Source: Eledone cirrhosa
Taxonomy: Eukaryota
DNA length: 64,000 nucleotides
Assembly: GCA_964016885.1 (NCBI GenBank)
Contig: OZ024740.1
Coordinates: forward strand, 383,098,001-383,162,000
Direction of reading: 5' to 3'
The notes beneath the pieces are model-generated. The model searched no databases, was not told where the DNA came from, and saw only the letters and a list, made by a program, of their open reading frames with translations. This document shows, piece by piece, positions 46,535-59,054 of the stretch. How positions within the stretch are numbered: position 1 is the stretch's first letter; each line of letters opens with the position of its first letter. The position numbers were made by a program, and so were the translations under genes.

Positions 46535-46741
46535 ATGTGAGAAAAACCACAGACCCTCCATCTCAACTCTACTTTTGAAAAGCAGAAGAACTGCAAAACC
46601 GGTAAAGGAACCAAATAAATATATATATTTAAAAAAAAAAAATAAGACTCCAGTTGCATTTTCGATTTCATCGCTTTTTCTTTATACTTTCACTCATGTA
46701 GGACAGCTCGGATATTTTTCAATTTGTAAAAAAAACCTCAC

Positions 46742-46750
<9 letters not shown>
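46535..46750 (+). repeat. Terminal-repeat fragment with degenerate HHR-like motif
   Basis: actt-TTGAAAA-gcag aagaa ctgc-AAAAC-cg-GTA-aagg. Confidence 0.7.
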
Positions 46751-46824
<74 letters not shown>

Positions 46825-48431
46825 TACAAAATTTAGTACAGCGTCATCGAAGCTCTGGTTGCAGCCAAGCTAACGAATGCAATCTCGGTGTGCAGCTAAG
46901 CATTCAATAGGGTATATTACCCTAGAGTTATAACATTACGTTTAGACAGCTTTGGAAATTGAAGACAGCGACCTATATATAGAGGGGCGGCAGTGACCAT
47001 AGCGACGAAAAAAACTGAACTGAGGATAACATTTTTGACACTATATATATATACACTATGATATTAAATATCATTGAATATTTACTTCCAGAATGCTGTC
47101 GAGTTCTCTGAATCAGTTATACACATTTATATTTATTTGTTGTATCTCCAACAAATTAAATATCCCTTCCACTTATATATATATATTTATTGGGCTAGCA
47201 GTTAAGGAGACACAAACAAGTGATGGACACTCTCCCTTCATCAGTAGTAACTACGGGTTACAGATGTTTCGGTGCTTTATAAATTGTATATATATAAGGT
47301 AAACTTTATATATATATATTTAATTAAAAACGTAAAACAGTAAAAAAGAATGTATGTTTAATATTGTAACGTTATTTGAGTATAGCAAAATTTTGTATAT
47401 TACATTTTAGATATCAGATATATTGTATATCAATATGTTGTATGTACAGATTGCATAATGGCTATATATTTGTTAATAAAAATATTATTTATTTTTCGTC
47501 TTATCTGATTTTCCATAAAATAGAACTAGATTTTATCGAAAATAATACATCACAAGTGTACTTTTGCCTATATAATCATGTATGTATATGCTTATATATG
47601 TGAGGGGTGTATGTATATATAAAGTGTGTATTTATATATATATATACATACATGTTATGTGTTTGTGATGTTACACACATTTTTAGAAGCATACTCTATA
47701 TTATTCCTAATTTCATTATATAAATAATTTAACATGAAGGACCTATCTTATACGTTATATACCATATATTGCACCGATTGCCCCGAAATGAAATTCCAAC
47801 TTCGTAAATCTAATTAATTTAATGTACTGGCAATCCATGCAACTAGAGAAGGAAGAGATGCGCATGTCTATCTCTGTCTATCTACCTCTCATCTCTCTAT
47901 CTCTCAATTTATGTATCCATTTACCTATATAGATATCTTTCACTCCCTAGATATATATCTATCTACCTATATCTATATTGCTATATTACTCTCTTCTCAC
48001 ACTTATCATTATTACTGAAACTATAAACACTTAGACAAAACTGATCATGCTACATGTCAAAACCTTGCCCTTTTTGTTTGCAGAGCATTTATATCGTAGG
48101 AAATATAGAAAGGAGAATCTTAATTATTGATCTCAATTATTGGTAAACGATACATTTGGTGTATCAGAAACTCCTTCCATTAGTAGTGGAATTGTTTTCA
48201 CACAAACAAATTCAATATTATTGGCTATATGCAACATGTTTTGGGATATTTACAGTAATATATTATCTCACAATTCGTGTCTAAATGTTCACCTTCATCC
48301 TCAATGAAGATTTCCTTAATTTGAAAAAATATTTTTGTCTATAGTCTATCTAATCTTGTAAAACGATTAAATTAACTTCTTCTTGTTAATGGCATTTTGA
48401 ATCTGGCGAAAAGGGCAAAATTATATCTTGC

Positions 48432-48620
48432 ATGCATACCTACCTACCTGCATTCATACATACATACATACATACATACATACATACATACATACATACA
48501 TACATACATACATACATACATACATACATACATACATACACACATCCATCCAACCATACATACATACATACATACCTACCTGATGGCTGCCCCATCGATA
48601 TCGAGTATGGCCATTTCACC
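48432..48620 (-). mobile_element. RTE-type 3' end stub with (TATG)n tail
   Basis: gatggctgccccatcgatatcgagtatggccat next to (CATA)n; related motif at 53881, 58652 and 61515. Confidence 0.6.
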
Positions 48621-50100
48621 AGAAAAAAAAAATATATATATAGACAATATATTAATAAATGGAAACTATATTTGTAAAACCATATTTATTTAATTTTACA
48701 TATTTCAAGGGAAACCAAGGCAAATTATTGTGCGCTTTCATCAGATAAAATACAGATCTGTTTTATAAATAAATATTGCCATACCCGGAAACAAAGACAA
48801 CATTAACGGTTGGGCCTTCCTGGATAGTGGAGATATTACATTTATTGAGGGTGATACAACATTATGAGTGAGTATGAAAATGAGTGTCCGAAAGGTTGAA
48901 AAGATAACGGTTTATTAAATTAAACTGTTGGAAGAAGTTGATATGTAAGGAAGAGAGAAAAAAGAAAAAAAGGAAAAAAAAAGAAAAAAAAGAAAAAAGA
49001 AAGGAGAAAGATAGAAGAGGTAAGACAGGACGATTATATATATTGATAGTGAACATAGAGTGCATGAAGAGATGAATTTCAAAGGATAAATATATACAGC
49101 GTAAGTATATCTAAGTGAGAGAAGAAATGAGAATAACGTGGAAGAATAATATTTATAATGCAGGATTTATTACGTTTTGATTATAATATTTATAATGATA
49201 GGTTGAAAAATTAGATTAAAATTAAGTTAAAATTAAAAAATTAGAAATCAAAATTAAAGATTAAAATTTACCTTAATATTAAAGATTTAATTTAATAATT
49301 TAATATTAGTAATTAGTTTAAATGTGAATGTTAAGAATTATAAATTATTTAAATAAATTTATAGTATTTTAAATTAGAGCAAATCTAGTATAGTTTATTT
49401 TATTAAAAGTTGTAAGTCACAGATTTAAACATCCAAATAATTCTAAATGTATGAAGAGTTTTCGAGAGTTTACAAAGGAATAACCACTTAGTTATATTAT
49501 AAAAACAGTAAGGAAGTGTAAAGGAAGTTAGAAGTGATTTTTTTTAAGAACTCAGATGACTCTAAGGATTAAATGTTATAAAGTTAAAAAGTTAAAAATT
49601 GTTTATCTTAAGAATCTAATTAAAACATGTACCATATATTATTTTATACGAAGTCATAAATTTACTTGCTATAAAGTTAAAACATTTAAAAAATTTATCT
49701 TAAGAATATATTTAAAGCATAAACCATAGGTTATTCCACATATATATAAAAAACATATATATAAAAATCATGTTTTTCCACATATATATAAACATTTGGA
49801 TATATATATTAAAAACGTTTGAGGATATAAAAATAGTAAATATAACAATATAAAAGTATTGGAAGGTATGAAAATAATGGTTTTTCTATATCTTTCAAAG
49901 GAATATTCAAATGATTTTCTTAAAACCTTCCGTAAATTTTCAAAGAAAAAATGTCTTTAAAGGAGTTTCAAGCAGTCATATAAGGACATTTTATAATCTA
50001 TCGATAGGTGTAATAATATAAAGTACATAGTATATATATGTAACGTAGAGATAATAGAAAGTAAATTAAATATATGAATCATATATAGATATAGAAGACA

Positions 50101-51800
50101 TTATGTAAAAGAGATAAATCCTATATTACATTTTATATATATATTTAAAATTGAGTTTAAACGATGTTTGCAGGAACAGAATAGATTATTTCGCAAATTA
50201 ATATAGTTCTTACTTTTTAGTATGAAGAATATTTCTTCAGCACAAAGAGAGCAATTTTTGGATAAAGCAGTGTATGAAGGAGCTTTGGAAATAATGTTCC
50301 AAAGTAAAGAATAGTTAATATTCTTGAATTTCAAGTCCCATAATAAGTTAGATAGAGAAGTTGAAGATTTGTTACCAATATTCGTAAAGGAACATTTATG
50401 GTTATTAAAACGAGATTTTAAGTTTGTAGAAGTAGAGCCGACATAGTTAAAGGAGTTTTCATTTGTTTTGACATTACAACAGTTTTAACTAAACAATTAT
50501 TATTTAGAGGACAGTTAGATGTATTTCTACAATTACATTTATCTAAAGTTTTATTATTGGGAGCCGTAACATTATATTGGATATTGCTAGGGGTATTAAT
50601 GCTATTCTAGTTAGGTTTTAAGTTTCTATTATTAATTCTATTAATATCCTGCGCTAAATTCATCGTGGTAGATTATGAGAGTTTAATAGTATGTCTATTA
50701 AAGATTGAGTAATACATGTGTGTCCTAAGAAAGTACCTATCTAGAGCTTTACAGAATAATTTAGAAATAGGAGTTTTAATACTTAATGAGAAAGGGAGAG
50801 CGAACCATAATATATTCCTAGTTCTATTTTTTCTTTTGGTTTTCGAGTTAGTGTAAGGTTTTTAATTATAATTATAGTTATGGTTAATTGGTACATCCTT
50901 ATTATCATTGTATTTAATTTATTACTATAGCCTGCTCTACCTAACGTTTCGTTATAATATTGTGCCTTATCTTCAAATATATTTGTATTCGCCGAAATTC
51001 TAGAAATACGTTGCTGCACAGAATTTACAATTGTGTTTTTAACAGATCTGGGGTGATTGAAATTAAAGTTAAGATAGTTTAAATTCTCGTTTATTTTATG
51101 AAATGGATAATAAAGACCATTGTTAAGGTTTAAAGTTACATCTAAAAAATTAACTATTTTATAATTATTCTCTAATTCTACTTTAAGATTAACGCTATTA
51201 AAAAGTTGTATAATTTCATTTCATTTCCTATTTATTTCACAATTATTATTATTTTCAATAAGTAATAGCATATTGTCACAATATAAACCGCCGGTCATCT
51301 GCGGTAGTTTCCTATGTAAATTATTGTTAATAAAAAGTCCCGCAAGATCCGTTAATTGCGCCGAGTCCGATGATCCCATAGTGATATCGAAACTGCTATC
51401 TCTGTCTGCTCTAGTCCAAAGATGGTTGCTAAATGTAATTAATGATTTACGTGCAGTTAATATAATGAGCATTTCATTGCTAGTTAAATCTGTATATTTA
51501 AATGCATATGTGAGGGCTTTATTAAGTAGATTAGGAGTGATATATGAGTAATAATTAGCAATATCCAATTGAATGAATTTATTATTATGTTTATATTTAA
51601 TGTCCTTAAACCAGTCAATAACTTCATTAATCCCATTCCATAATTTTAAATAAGATATTGCCTTAAGTTGTGGTATGATTCTATCTAAAATATTCTTGGT
51701 AAGTATGCCAAGGTCCGATTTAGATGGTGCAATCAATCTACCTGGTAATTCAATTTAACATTTTTTTTTTATGGTCCTCCATATTAATTTTTGGTTTCCT
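50101..51800 (-). pseudogene. PLE RT plus GIY-YIG, decayed
   Basis: IAPSKSDLG, FIQLDIANYY, FDITMGSSD, GGLYCDN (GLYRDD-like), NFLDVTLNL, YVGST..LKSRFNNH, CSLCAEE..CKHR. Confidence 0.9.
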
Positions 51801-53135
51801 AGGTATGAAGGGTTGAGTCCTATTACAGGCCTTTATTACACCTATCGATAGATTATAAAATTTCCTTATATGACTGCTTGAAACTCCATTAAGGAAATGT
51901 TTTTCTTGTAAAACTTATGGAAGGTTTTAAAAAAATCCTTTGAATATTCCTTTGAAAGATATAGAAAAACCATTATTTTCATACCTTCCAATACTTTATA
52001 TTGTTATATTTTTATATTTTTATATCTTCAAACGTTTTTAATATATATATCCAAATGTTTATATATATGTGGAAAAACATGATTTTTATATATAGGTTTT
52101 TATATATATGTGGAATAACCTATGGATGATGCTTTAAATATATTCTTAAGATAAATTTTTTTAAAGTTTTAACTTTATAGCAAATAAATCTATGACTTCG
52201 TATAAAATAACATATGGTTCATGTTTTAATTATACTCTTAAGATAAACATTTTTTTAATTTTTAACTTCATAACATTTAATCCTTAGAGTCATCTGCGTT
52301 CTTAAAACATCACTTCTAACTTCCTTTACACTTTCCTACTGTTTTTATAATATAACTAAGTGGTTATTCCTTTGTAAACTCTCGAAAACTTGTCATACCT
52401 TTAGAATTATTTGGATGTTTAAATGTTTGACTTACAACTTTTAATAAAATAAACTATACTAGATTTGCTCTAATTTAAAATACTATATATTTATTTAAAT
52501 AATTTATAATCCTTAACATACACATTTAAACTAATTACTAATATTAAATTATTAAATTAAATCTTTAATATCAAGGTAAATTTTAATCTTTAATTTTGAT
52601 TTCTAATTTTTTAATTTTAATTTAATTTTAATCTAATTTTTCAACCTATCATTATAAATATTATAATCAAAACGTAATAAATCCTGCATTATAAATATTA
52701 TTCTTCCACGTTATTCTCATTTCTTCTCCCACTTAGATATACTAACGCTGTGTATATTTATCCTTTGAAATTCATCTCTTCATGCATCCACTCTATTTTC
52801 ACTATGCATATGTATAATCGTTCTTTCTTTCCTTTTCTATCTTTCTCCTTTCTTTTTTTCTTTTTTTCTTTTTTTCTTTTTTTCTTTTTTTCTTTTTTTC
52901 TTTTTTTCTTTTTTTTCTTTTCTTCTTTTTTCTCTCTCCCTTACATATCAACTTCTTCCAACAGGTTAATTTAATAAACCGTTATCTTTTCAACCTTTCG
53001 GACACTCATTTGCATACTCACTCATAATTTTGTATCACCCTCAATAAATGTAATATCTCCACTATCCAGGAATGCCCAACAGTTAATGTTGTCTTTTTTC
53101 CGGGTATGTTAATATTTATTTATAAAACAAATCTG

Positions 53136-53201
53136 TATTTTATCTGATGAAAGCGCACAATAATTTGCCTTGGTTTCCCTTGAAATATGTATAATAAAAT
53201 A
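53136..53201 (+). ncRNA. Minimal type I hammerhead motif; the mirror copy at 48686-48752 (-) has a mutated cleavage site
   Basis: tattttat-CTGATGA-aag...ctt-GAAA-tatgta-TA-ataaaata. Confidence 0.65.
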
Positions 53202-53341
53202 AATATGGTTTTATAAATATAGTTTCCATTTATTAATATATTGAGCAATTGCTCCACTAAATTGTTGAGTGCTTTATATCAGTTATAAACATTTTTAAGC
53301 TTGTTGAATCCCAACAAATTAAATATAACCTCTGCATATAT

Positions 53342-53843
53342 ATTAATAACAATAATAATAATAATAACAACAATAATAATAATGACAACAACACGCACGC
53401 ACACATAAACATATCTATACACACACACACACGATAGAAACTAATAGCGCTGCGATCGAATGTGGATTTTTAGCCCCGCCAATGATCTAAAATGTCTTGC
53501 ACAGACTCGGCAACCAAAACATTGACTGGGAAATTACCGGCTGTGGTTGGAGTTCATCTACTTTTGCATGACGTGTGAGCCCTCCTGCTGATTTACATTC
53601 TCTACCACATCCTTGGCAAGCATGATGAGTAGCATCTCCAACAGCAACCTGGTAGTCAACGACTGGTCTTACTTTATGACTGCGAAGATGACTTTCGAGT
53701 CCAGCTTTGCTTAGGCAGAGTCTCGCACAGACGCTGCATGTCAGCACCATGAGAGGACCCTCGCCGTCTGGAAGTGCAACAGCAATGCTCTTCCTCACAT
53801 CCCGCTTTACTTTCTCGTATGCGATTCGAGATGCCTCAAAGGC
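53342..53843 (-). mobile_element. RTE-clade LINE 3' fragment with C2H2 zinc fingers
   Basis: CSVCARLCLSKAGLESHLRSH; closely similar to 59140-59600. Confidence 0.88.
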
Positions 53844-54490
53844 ACATACATACATACATACATACATACATACATACATACATGGTGGCTGCCAACTCGT
53901 TTTCGAATACGGCCACTACTTTATATCCATGTAGGAGAACCCCTACCGATGCGCTGAACGAGTGTGACTTTTTAGTCCAGCCAGCGACTTGAAAACTCTG
54001 GTACAAACACTACACTTGTGACAATTATTGACACATAGTGCAGGGCCCATGGTACCATGTGACAACAAGTGCAGATAGATCTCCAGATATAAAGCAATGC
54101 CTGTGCCGTGAAGCTTTTATAGTGAGCAAAGGCACTGCAGAAAGCCAGTGCCACTCTCTTAACCAAGATGATATTTACCAAAAAGAAGAACAAGTCAACA
54201 TCATTGGATACCATCATAGCTGCAGGTGTTATATCAGAGTTTTCCTTCTCCTAGAATTCTGCCTTGACAAAGGCTAAGGGGTCATCTCTCCCGGCGATTT
54301 TGGATGGCCATTGACTCATAAGAGCTCCTTTGCCCTTTGATAGCTTTTGTTTTTAGTCCTGCAGGATGTCCAAAGTCACCCTCCTCACCAAGAAACCTTG
54401 GTGGGGTTGCCAGTTTAGTCGCCAACAACCCGACCATGGGACAGGTTGTACTGGGATACATGTTACCAGTAGCACCAACTGGTGACCTGA
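53844..54490 (-). mobile_element. Non-coding (TATG)n-tailed element, probably a non-autonomous RTE derivative
   Basis: 53881-54245 matches 61514-61880; RTE-like 3' end before the tail; strongly self-complementary 5' 120 nt. Confidence 0.65.
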
Positions 54491-54517
54491 CATACATACA
54501 TACATACATACATACAT

Positions 54518-57500
54518 TCCAACAGTCAACGCAATCAGTCGCATATTTTTGCGTGGGAGACTATTTATTAAATTTAAGATGAATACTATCTCCGACAGTA
54601 ATGCCACAACTACAGCCAGGTTGAATAACTGGTTATTCTTCTAACTATTCCTTCTGAAGACACCTTTTATTCGAATTCGTAGAGATATCCGACTAAATAC
54701 ATAATTCATTTTACAAGGATTTTCTACAAACAGCATGGCTGAACACAACATCAACAAGAAAATTAAGCAAGTATCGACGACAAATAACAAAGAAGATAAT
54801 CAAATTTTATTCAGTTATAGCTACAGAAGAAACCGAAATTATAAATCGCATTTCTCTTGGAGTTGCGAACTTAAAAATGATTTATTTAATTGTTATAAAA
54901 TGGCAAAAAACAATCCCTCCATTGGCTATATGAATATAATGAAGCTACACTGGGACGAAATGCACCCAGAACTAAATTATTTCACAGCGAAACAATTACG
55001 CCAACAAGCGACGTTTGTTGAACGTAAAAATAAGATAAATATTATTAATTGTAAGTCCCTCACAACAAACATGGAATCAACATCACGTACTACAGATCGC
55101 CATGCTACTAGACTTCCTAGCAGCCAGGTCGAACAGCGCCTTGAAATAACTATGCCTGTACCATCTAAGTCTACCTCGAATGCTGGGGAAAACACTATCG
55201 ATAATAATAATAATCGAAGAAATAATAACAATAATCGAATAAATGTGACACCACGTATACCATCCGAGTCTACCTCGACTGTTGTGGAAAATACTATCGA
55301 TAATGATAATCAAAAGTATAAACAATTGAAAATTTCCCTCAACGAAATCTTCCAGAGAGAAATTAACTCATGTATACATATCTCTCTAGCTGAACGTGTT
55401 AAAATGACATTGGTGAATAAAAAACCAAATAATGAAATACTACGTGTTGTTGACGAAATAGGGATGAATATTTACGACGGATAAAACCCCCAACATTTTG
55501 GCAAATCAACGCCTGTTTATATGCCTTAACAATGACAGTGAAGCATTATCTTGGTGATAGCAGAGATATTAACAAGAACAAAACACCACCAAAATTACCA
55601 TCATATATAACTAAAATAGAAAGAAAGAGTGCTGACCTACAAAAAAACATAGGACATGTGATAATGCTCCTTACATGCAAACAAACACAAAAAAACCTCA
55701 CTCCTCACCAACAAAGAGTGAAAAATATAATAGAGACGATGTTTGGTAACAGTAGAACCAGAACTCTCCAATATAAGCTGATCACACTCAAACAAGAATT
55801 GAGAGCTGTTAGCGAAAAACGCCGATACCTGAAGAAGATAGATGAGAGAAAAATGCTTACTACAAGATTCAGACGAAACCAAACATCAGTCTATAGAGAT
55901 ATGAAGGGCAAAATAATAAGTGTCACTGAGGCCCCATTCCAGAAATAGATTAATTCCTTTTGGAGAAAAATATGGGGTGAAAAGAAGAATTTCAACCAAG
56001 ATGCAGTGTGGCTAAGAGAAATCCGAAAGAACTATTGCTCCTACACTACAACAAAAACATACGAAATAAGTGAGGGTACTCTTGAGACTGTGATAGGAAA
56101 ACTCCAAGATAAGAAAACACCAGGAAGAGACATGATTGTCGGCTACTGGTACAAAAAACTAATATTCTATCGGAGGTATCTTACTGACCTCTACCAACAA
56201 ATTCTTAAGGGAGATACACTTATACCAGAATGGTTGACATTAGCACAAACGTTACTGGTCCCCAAGAACAAAGACACCCACTTGGCAAAAAACTACCGAC
56301 CCATTGCATGCCAGAACCTGATGTATATGATGTATACAGCCTTCCTCAACCTATTCCCCCAACATCACTGTGAAAATAATAACATCATCACAGATGAACA
56401 AGCAGCTGGAAAGAAAAGGGTTTGGGGATGTGCTGAACAACTCCTAATCAACAAAACTGCGATGTCGGAGGTGCGACAACTTAGGAGGAATATGACTACA
56501 GTCTGGCTGGACTACAAGAAAGCTTTCGATTCTGTTCCCCACATTGGATGATAAAGGCCCTCCAACTTGCTAAAGTCCCAGACATCATTGTCAGAGCCAT
56601 AGTGAGGCTGTCTTCTTCTTGGGTTACTATCCTAAGGTTAAAGACAGAGAGGGAGGACTCTATTTTCACTGATAAAATAAAATATTGCAGGGGTATATTT
56701 CAGGGGGACAGTCTCTCTGTGATATTGTTGATCTTGTCATTAAACCCCTTGTCCTTTCTGCTCAATAAATGTGAGGGATACATCATTGGCTCATAGGAGG
56801 ACAGAAATAAGAACCTAACCCATAACTTATTTGTGGGCGATCTGAAACTCTATGGCAAGAACATGGATGGGATGAAGAAAAATCTTGACCTGGTTACAAC
56901 GTTCTCAAAGGATATAGGAATGGAGTTTGGCCAAGATAAATGCTCATACATGACTGTAAAGCGGGGAAAAACAACAACCCAATCTAGCAACATTGTCATC
57001 AATGGTCTAACTGTTTCACCGATATCTGTGAGGACTGCTACAGATACCTGGGGATAGATGAGAATATATCCTATAATGGTATCTGTAATAAAGAACGCGT
57101 AACCAGAGAATACTACACCCGATTAAGAAAGATCTGGTCATCGGAACTCTCTGCGCAAAACAAAACAGTGGCTCACAATGTGTTTGCTGTGCCTGTCCTA
57201 ACACCAACGTTTGGAATACTCAATTGGACGATAGATGAAATCCGAGCAGTTAATGTTGGAACTCGAAAAATACTGAACAACACCGGAAACTTCCACATCA
57301 ACAGTGACATAGACCGCCTTTCCATGAAACGTAAGCAGGGAGGCAGAAGCCTAACATCAGTCCAGACAACATTTGAATGTCGCATCATATCTCTCCGACA
57401 ACATCTACGAACCTCGAAACGTAGGAGCTCGCTTCTCGAGCAAGTCTATCTGCATGAAACAGATAAGATCATGAGAGTTGCGAAAGAACTCATTGAGAGA

Positions 57501-58635
57501 TATTCCCTGTGTGATAATCAAAAACTCACACCCAGGGATGTCGCTCAGCAGTATCGCAGTGAATCCATGGATGAAAAACTGCATGCCTATCAGCAAAAAA
57601 TCATGCATGGATATGTTGCCAGGAAGCTCCAGAGTGAGAGTAATATAGATAAGTAAAATAGTCAATCTTGGACCAACAACCGCTATATTGGCTCCCACTT
57701 TGAAGGATACGCTTTTGCAATCCAAGGAGAGGAGATTAGCACGAAATACCTGATTCACAAAAGAGATAGGGATGGAGGCAAAACACCTAGATGTGATAAC
57801 AAGTTTTGACTCTGCAGAACTAACATCGCGGATATCACCCATGTCATCAGCAGCTGCCCAAATATGTCTCGCGAGACTATCTACCTATGAGGCATGATGT
57901 AGTGGCCAAAACACTGTACAATGCAGTTCGTAAAAAAGATAGCCCCGATAATAAACACATTAAAAGCTACAACAATGTGGAAGACATCCATGTACATAAT
58001 ATGAAAGAGTACTGGTGTTCCAGTAAAAATGTAAAAGCCCCAATAAAATGCAGGCATAACAGACCAGATATTATGATATGGGACAGGGAGAAGAAAACAT
58101 GCACAGTAGTGGAAATTAGCTGCCCAGCAGATTCCAATACAATATCAAAGATTAGTGAAAAGGAGAATATTTATGCAGAACTGATGAGAAATCTGCAGAT
58201 ACTCCACCCTGATTACACCTTCAGATTTATGCCTGTGATTATTGGGGCACTGGGATATGTTAGTAACTGCCTCAATACAAGTCTTGAGAAGCTAGGCTTC
58301 ACAGGAACAGAAAGAACACAACTAGTTAGGAAATTACAAGTACAATCCATTAATGGAACAGTAAAAATATGTATAACATTCCAAAAATGTTGCATCTAAT
58401 AACTGCATATACACATGTACAGATAGAAAGCATATACACATGCACGCATACAACTCAAAACATACACATCCACACATACAATAACATCCATATCTACACA
58501 TGCATGCATGCAGACATACATACATATCTACCAAGTTGATGTTGTGTAAATTCCAATGAGAGAGTATTGTGGCTATGTTAGAAACCGACTCTCTCTCTAT
58601 TGGTAAAACTTTGTGAAATTATAAAACCAGAAGAA
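54518..58635 (+). mobile_element. Near full-length R4/Dong-like non-LTR retrotransposon with restriction-like endonuclease, inserted in (CATA)n
   Basis: (CATA)n abuts both ends; RT and RLE motifs in one broken ORF. Confidence 0.88.
54735..58399 (+). pseudogene. RT plus RLE polyprotein with multiple stops and frameshifts
   Basis: KTPGRDMI..YWYK, NYRPIAC, WLDYKKAFDSVPH, RGIFQGDSLS, HNLFVGDLKLY, GMEFGQDKC, RHD, HNRPDI..VVEISCP. Confidence 0.92.
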
Positions 58636-58700
58636 CATACATACATACATACATGATGGCTGACCCCCTCGTTATCGAGTATGGCCATTGCACGAGGAGA
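58636..58700 (-). mobile_element. RTE-type 3' end stub whose (TATG)n tail hosts the R4-like element
   Basis: (cata)n-gatggctgaccccctcgttatcgagtatggccattgcacgag. Confidence 0.6.
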
Positions 58701-58769
58701 AAGAAAAAAAAAAGTAATTATAATAATAAATAAATAAAAAGAAAAAAAAAAGAAATATATATATAGTAA

Positions 58770-58980
58770 CGATCGACTTTCGTCAAATCGGACCGAGGGA
58801 ACAATGTTTCCGTTGGTCTTTCCAATTGCTAATACTATCTATCGGTCGCAACTCCAGGTAGAAGGAGCAACGTGAAATAAAGTGTCTTGCTCAAGGACAT
58901 AACGCATCGCCTGGTCCAGGAATCGAACTCACAACCTTACGATTGCGAATCCAATTCTCTAACCACTCAGCCACACGCCT
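58770..58980 (-). mobile_element. tRNA-derived SINE with CORE-like domain
   Basis: Minus strand ggcgtgtggctgagtggttag (A box), gagttcgattcc (B box), tgtccttgagcaagacactttatttcacgttgctcc. Confidence 0.85.
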
Positions 58981-58984
58981 TCAC

Positions 58985-59049
<65 letters not shown>

Positions 59050-59054
59050 TACAT

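Larger units (their letters stand above)
48645..53336 (-). mobile_element. 5'-truncated PLE flanked by ~1.4-kb inverted 3' UTR/terminal repeats
   Basis: 48645-50015 is the reverse complement of 51833-53243; decayed RT and GIY-YIG lie between them. Confidence 0.9.
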
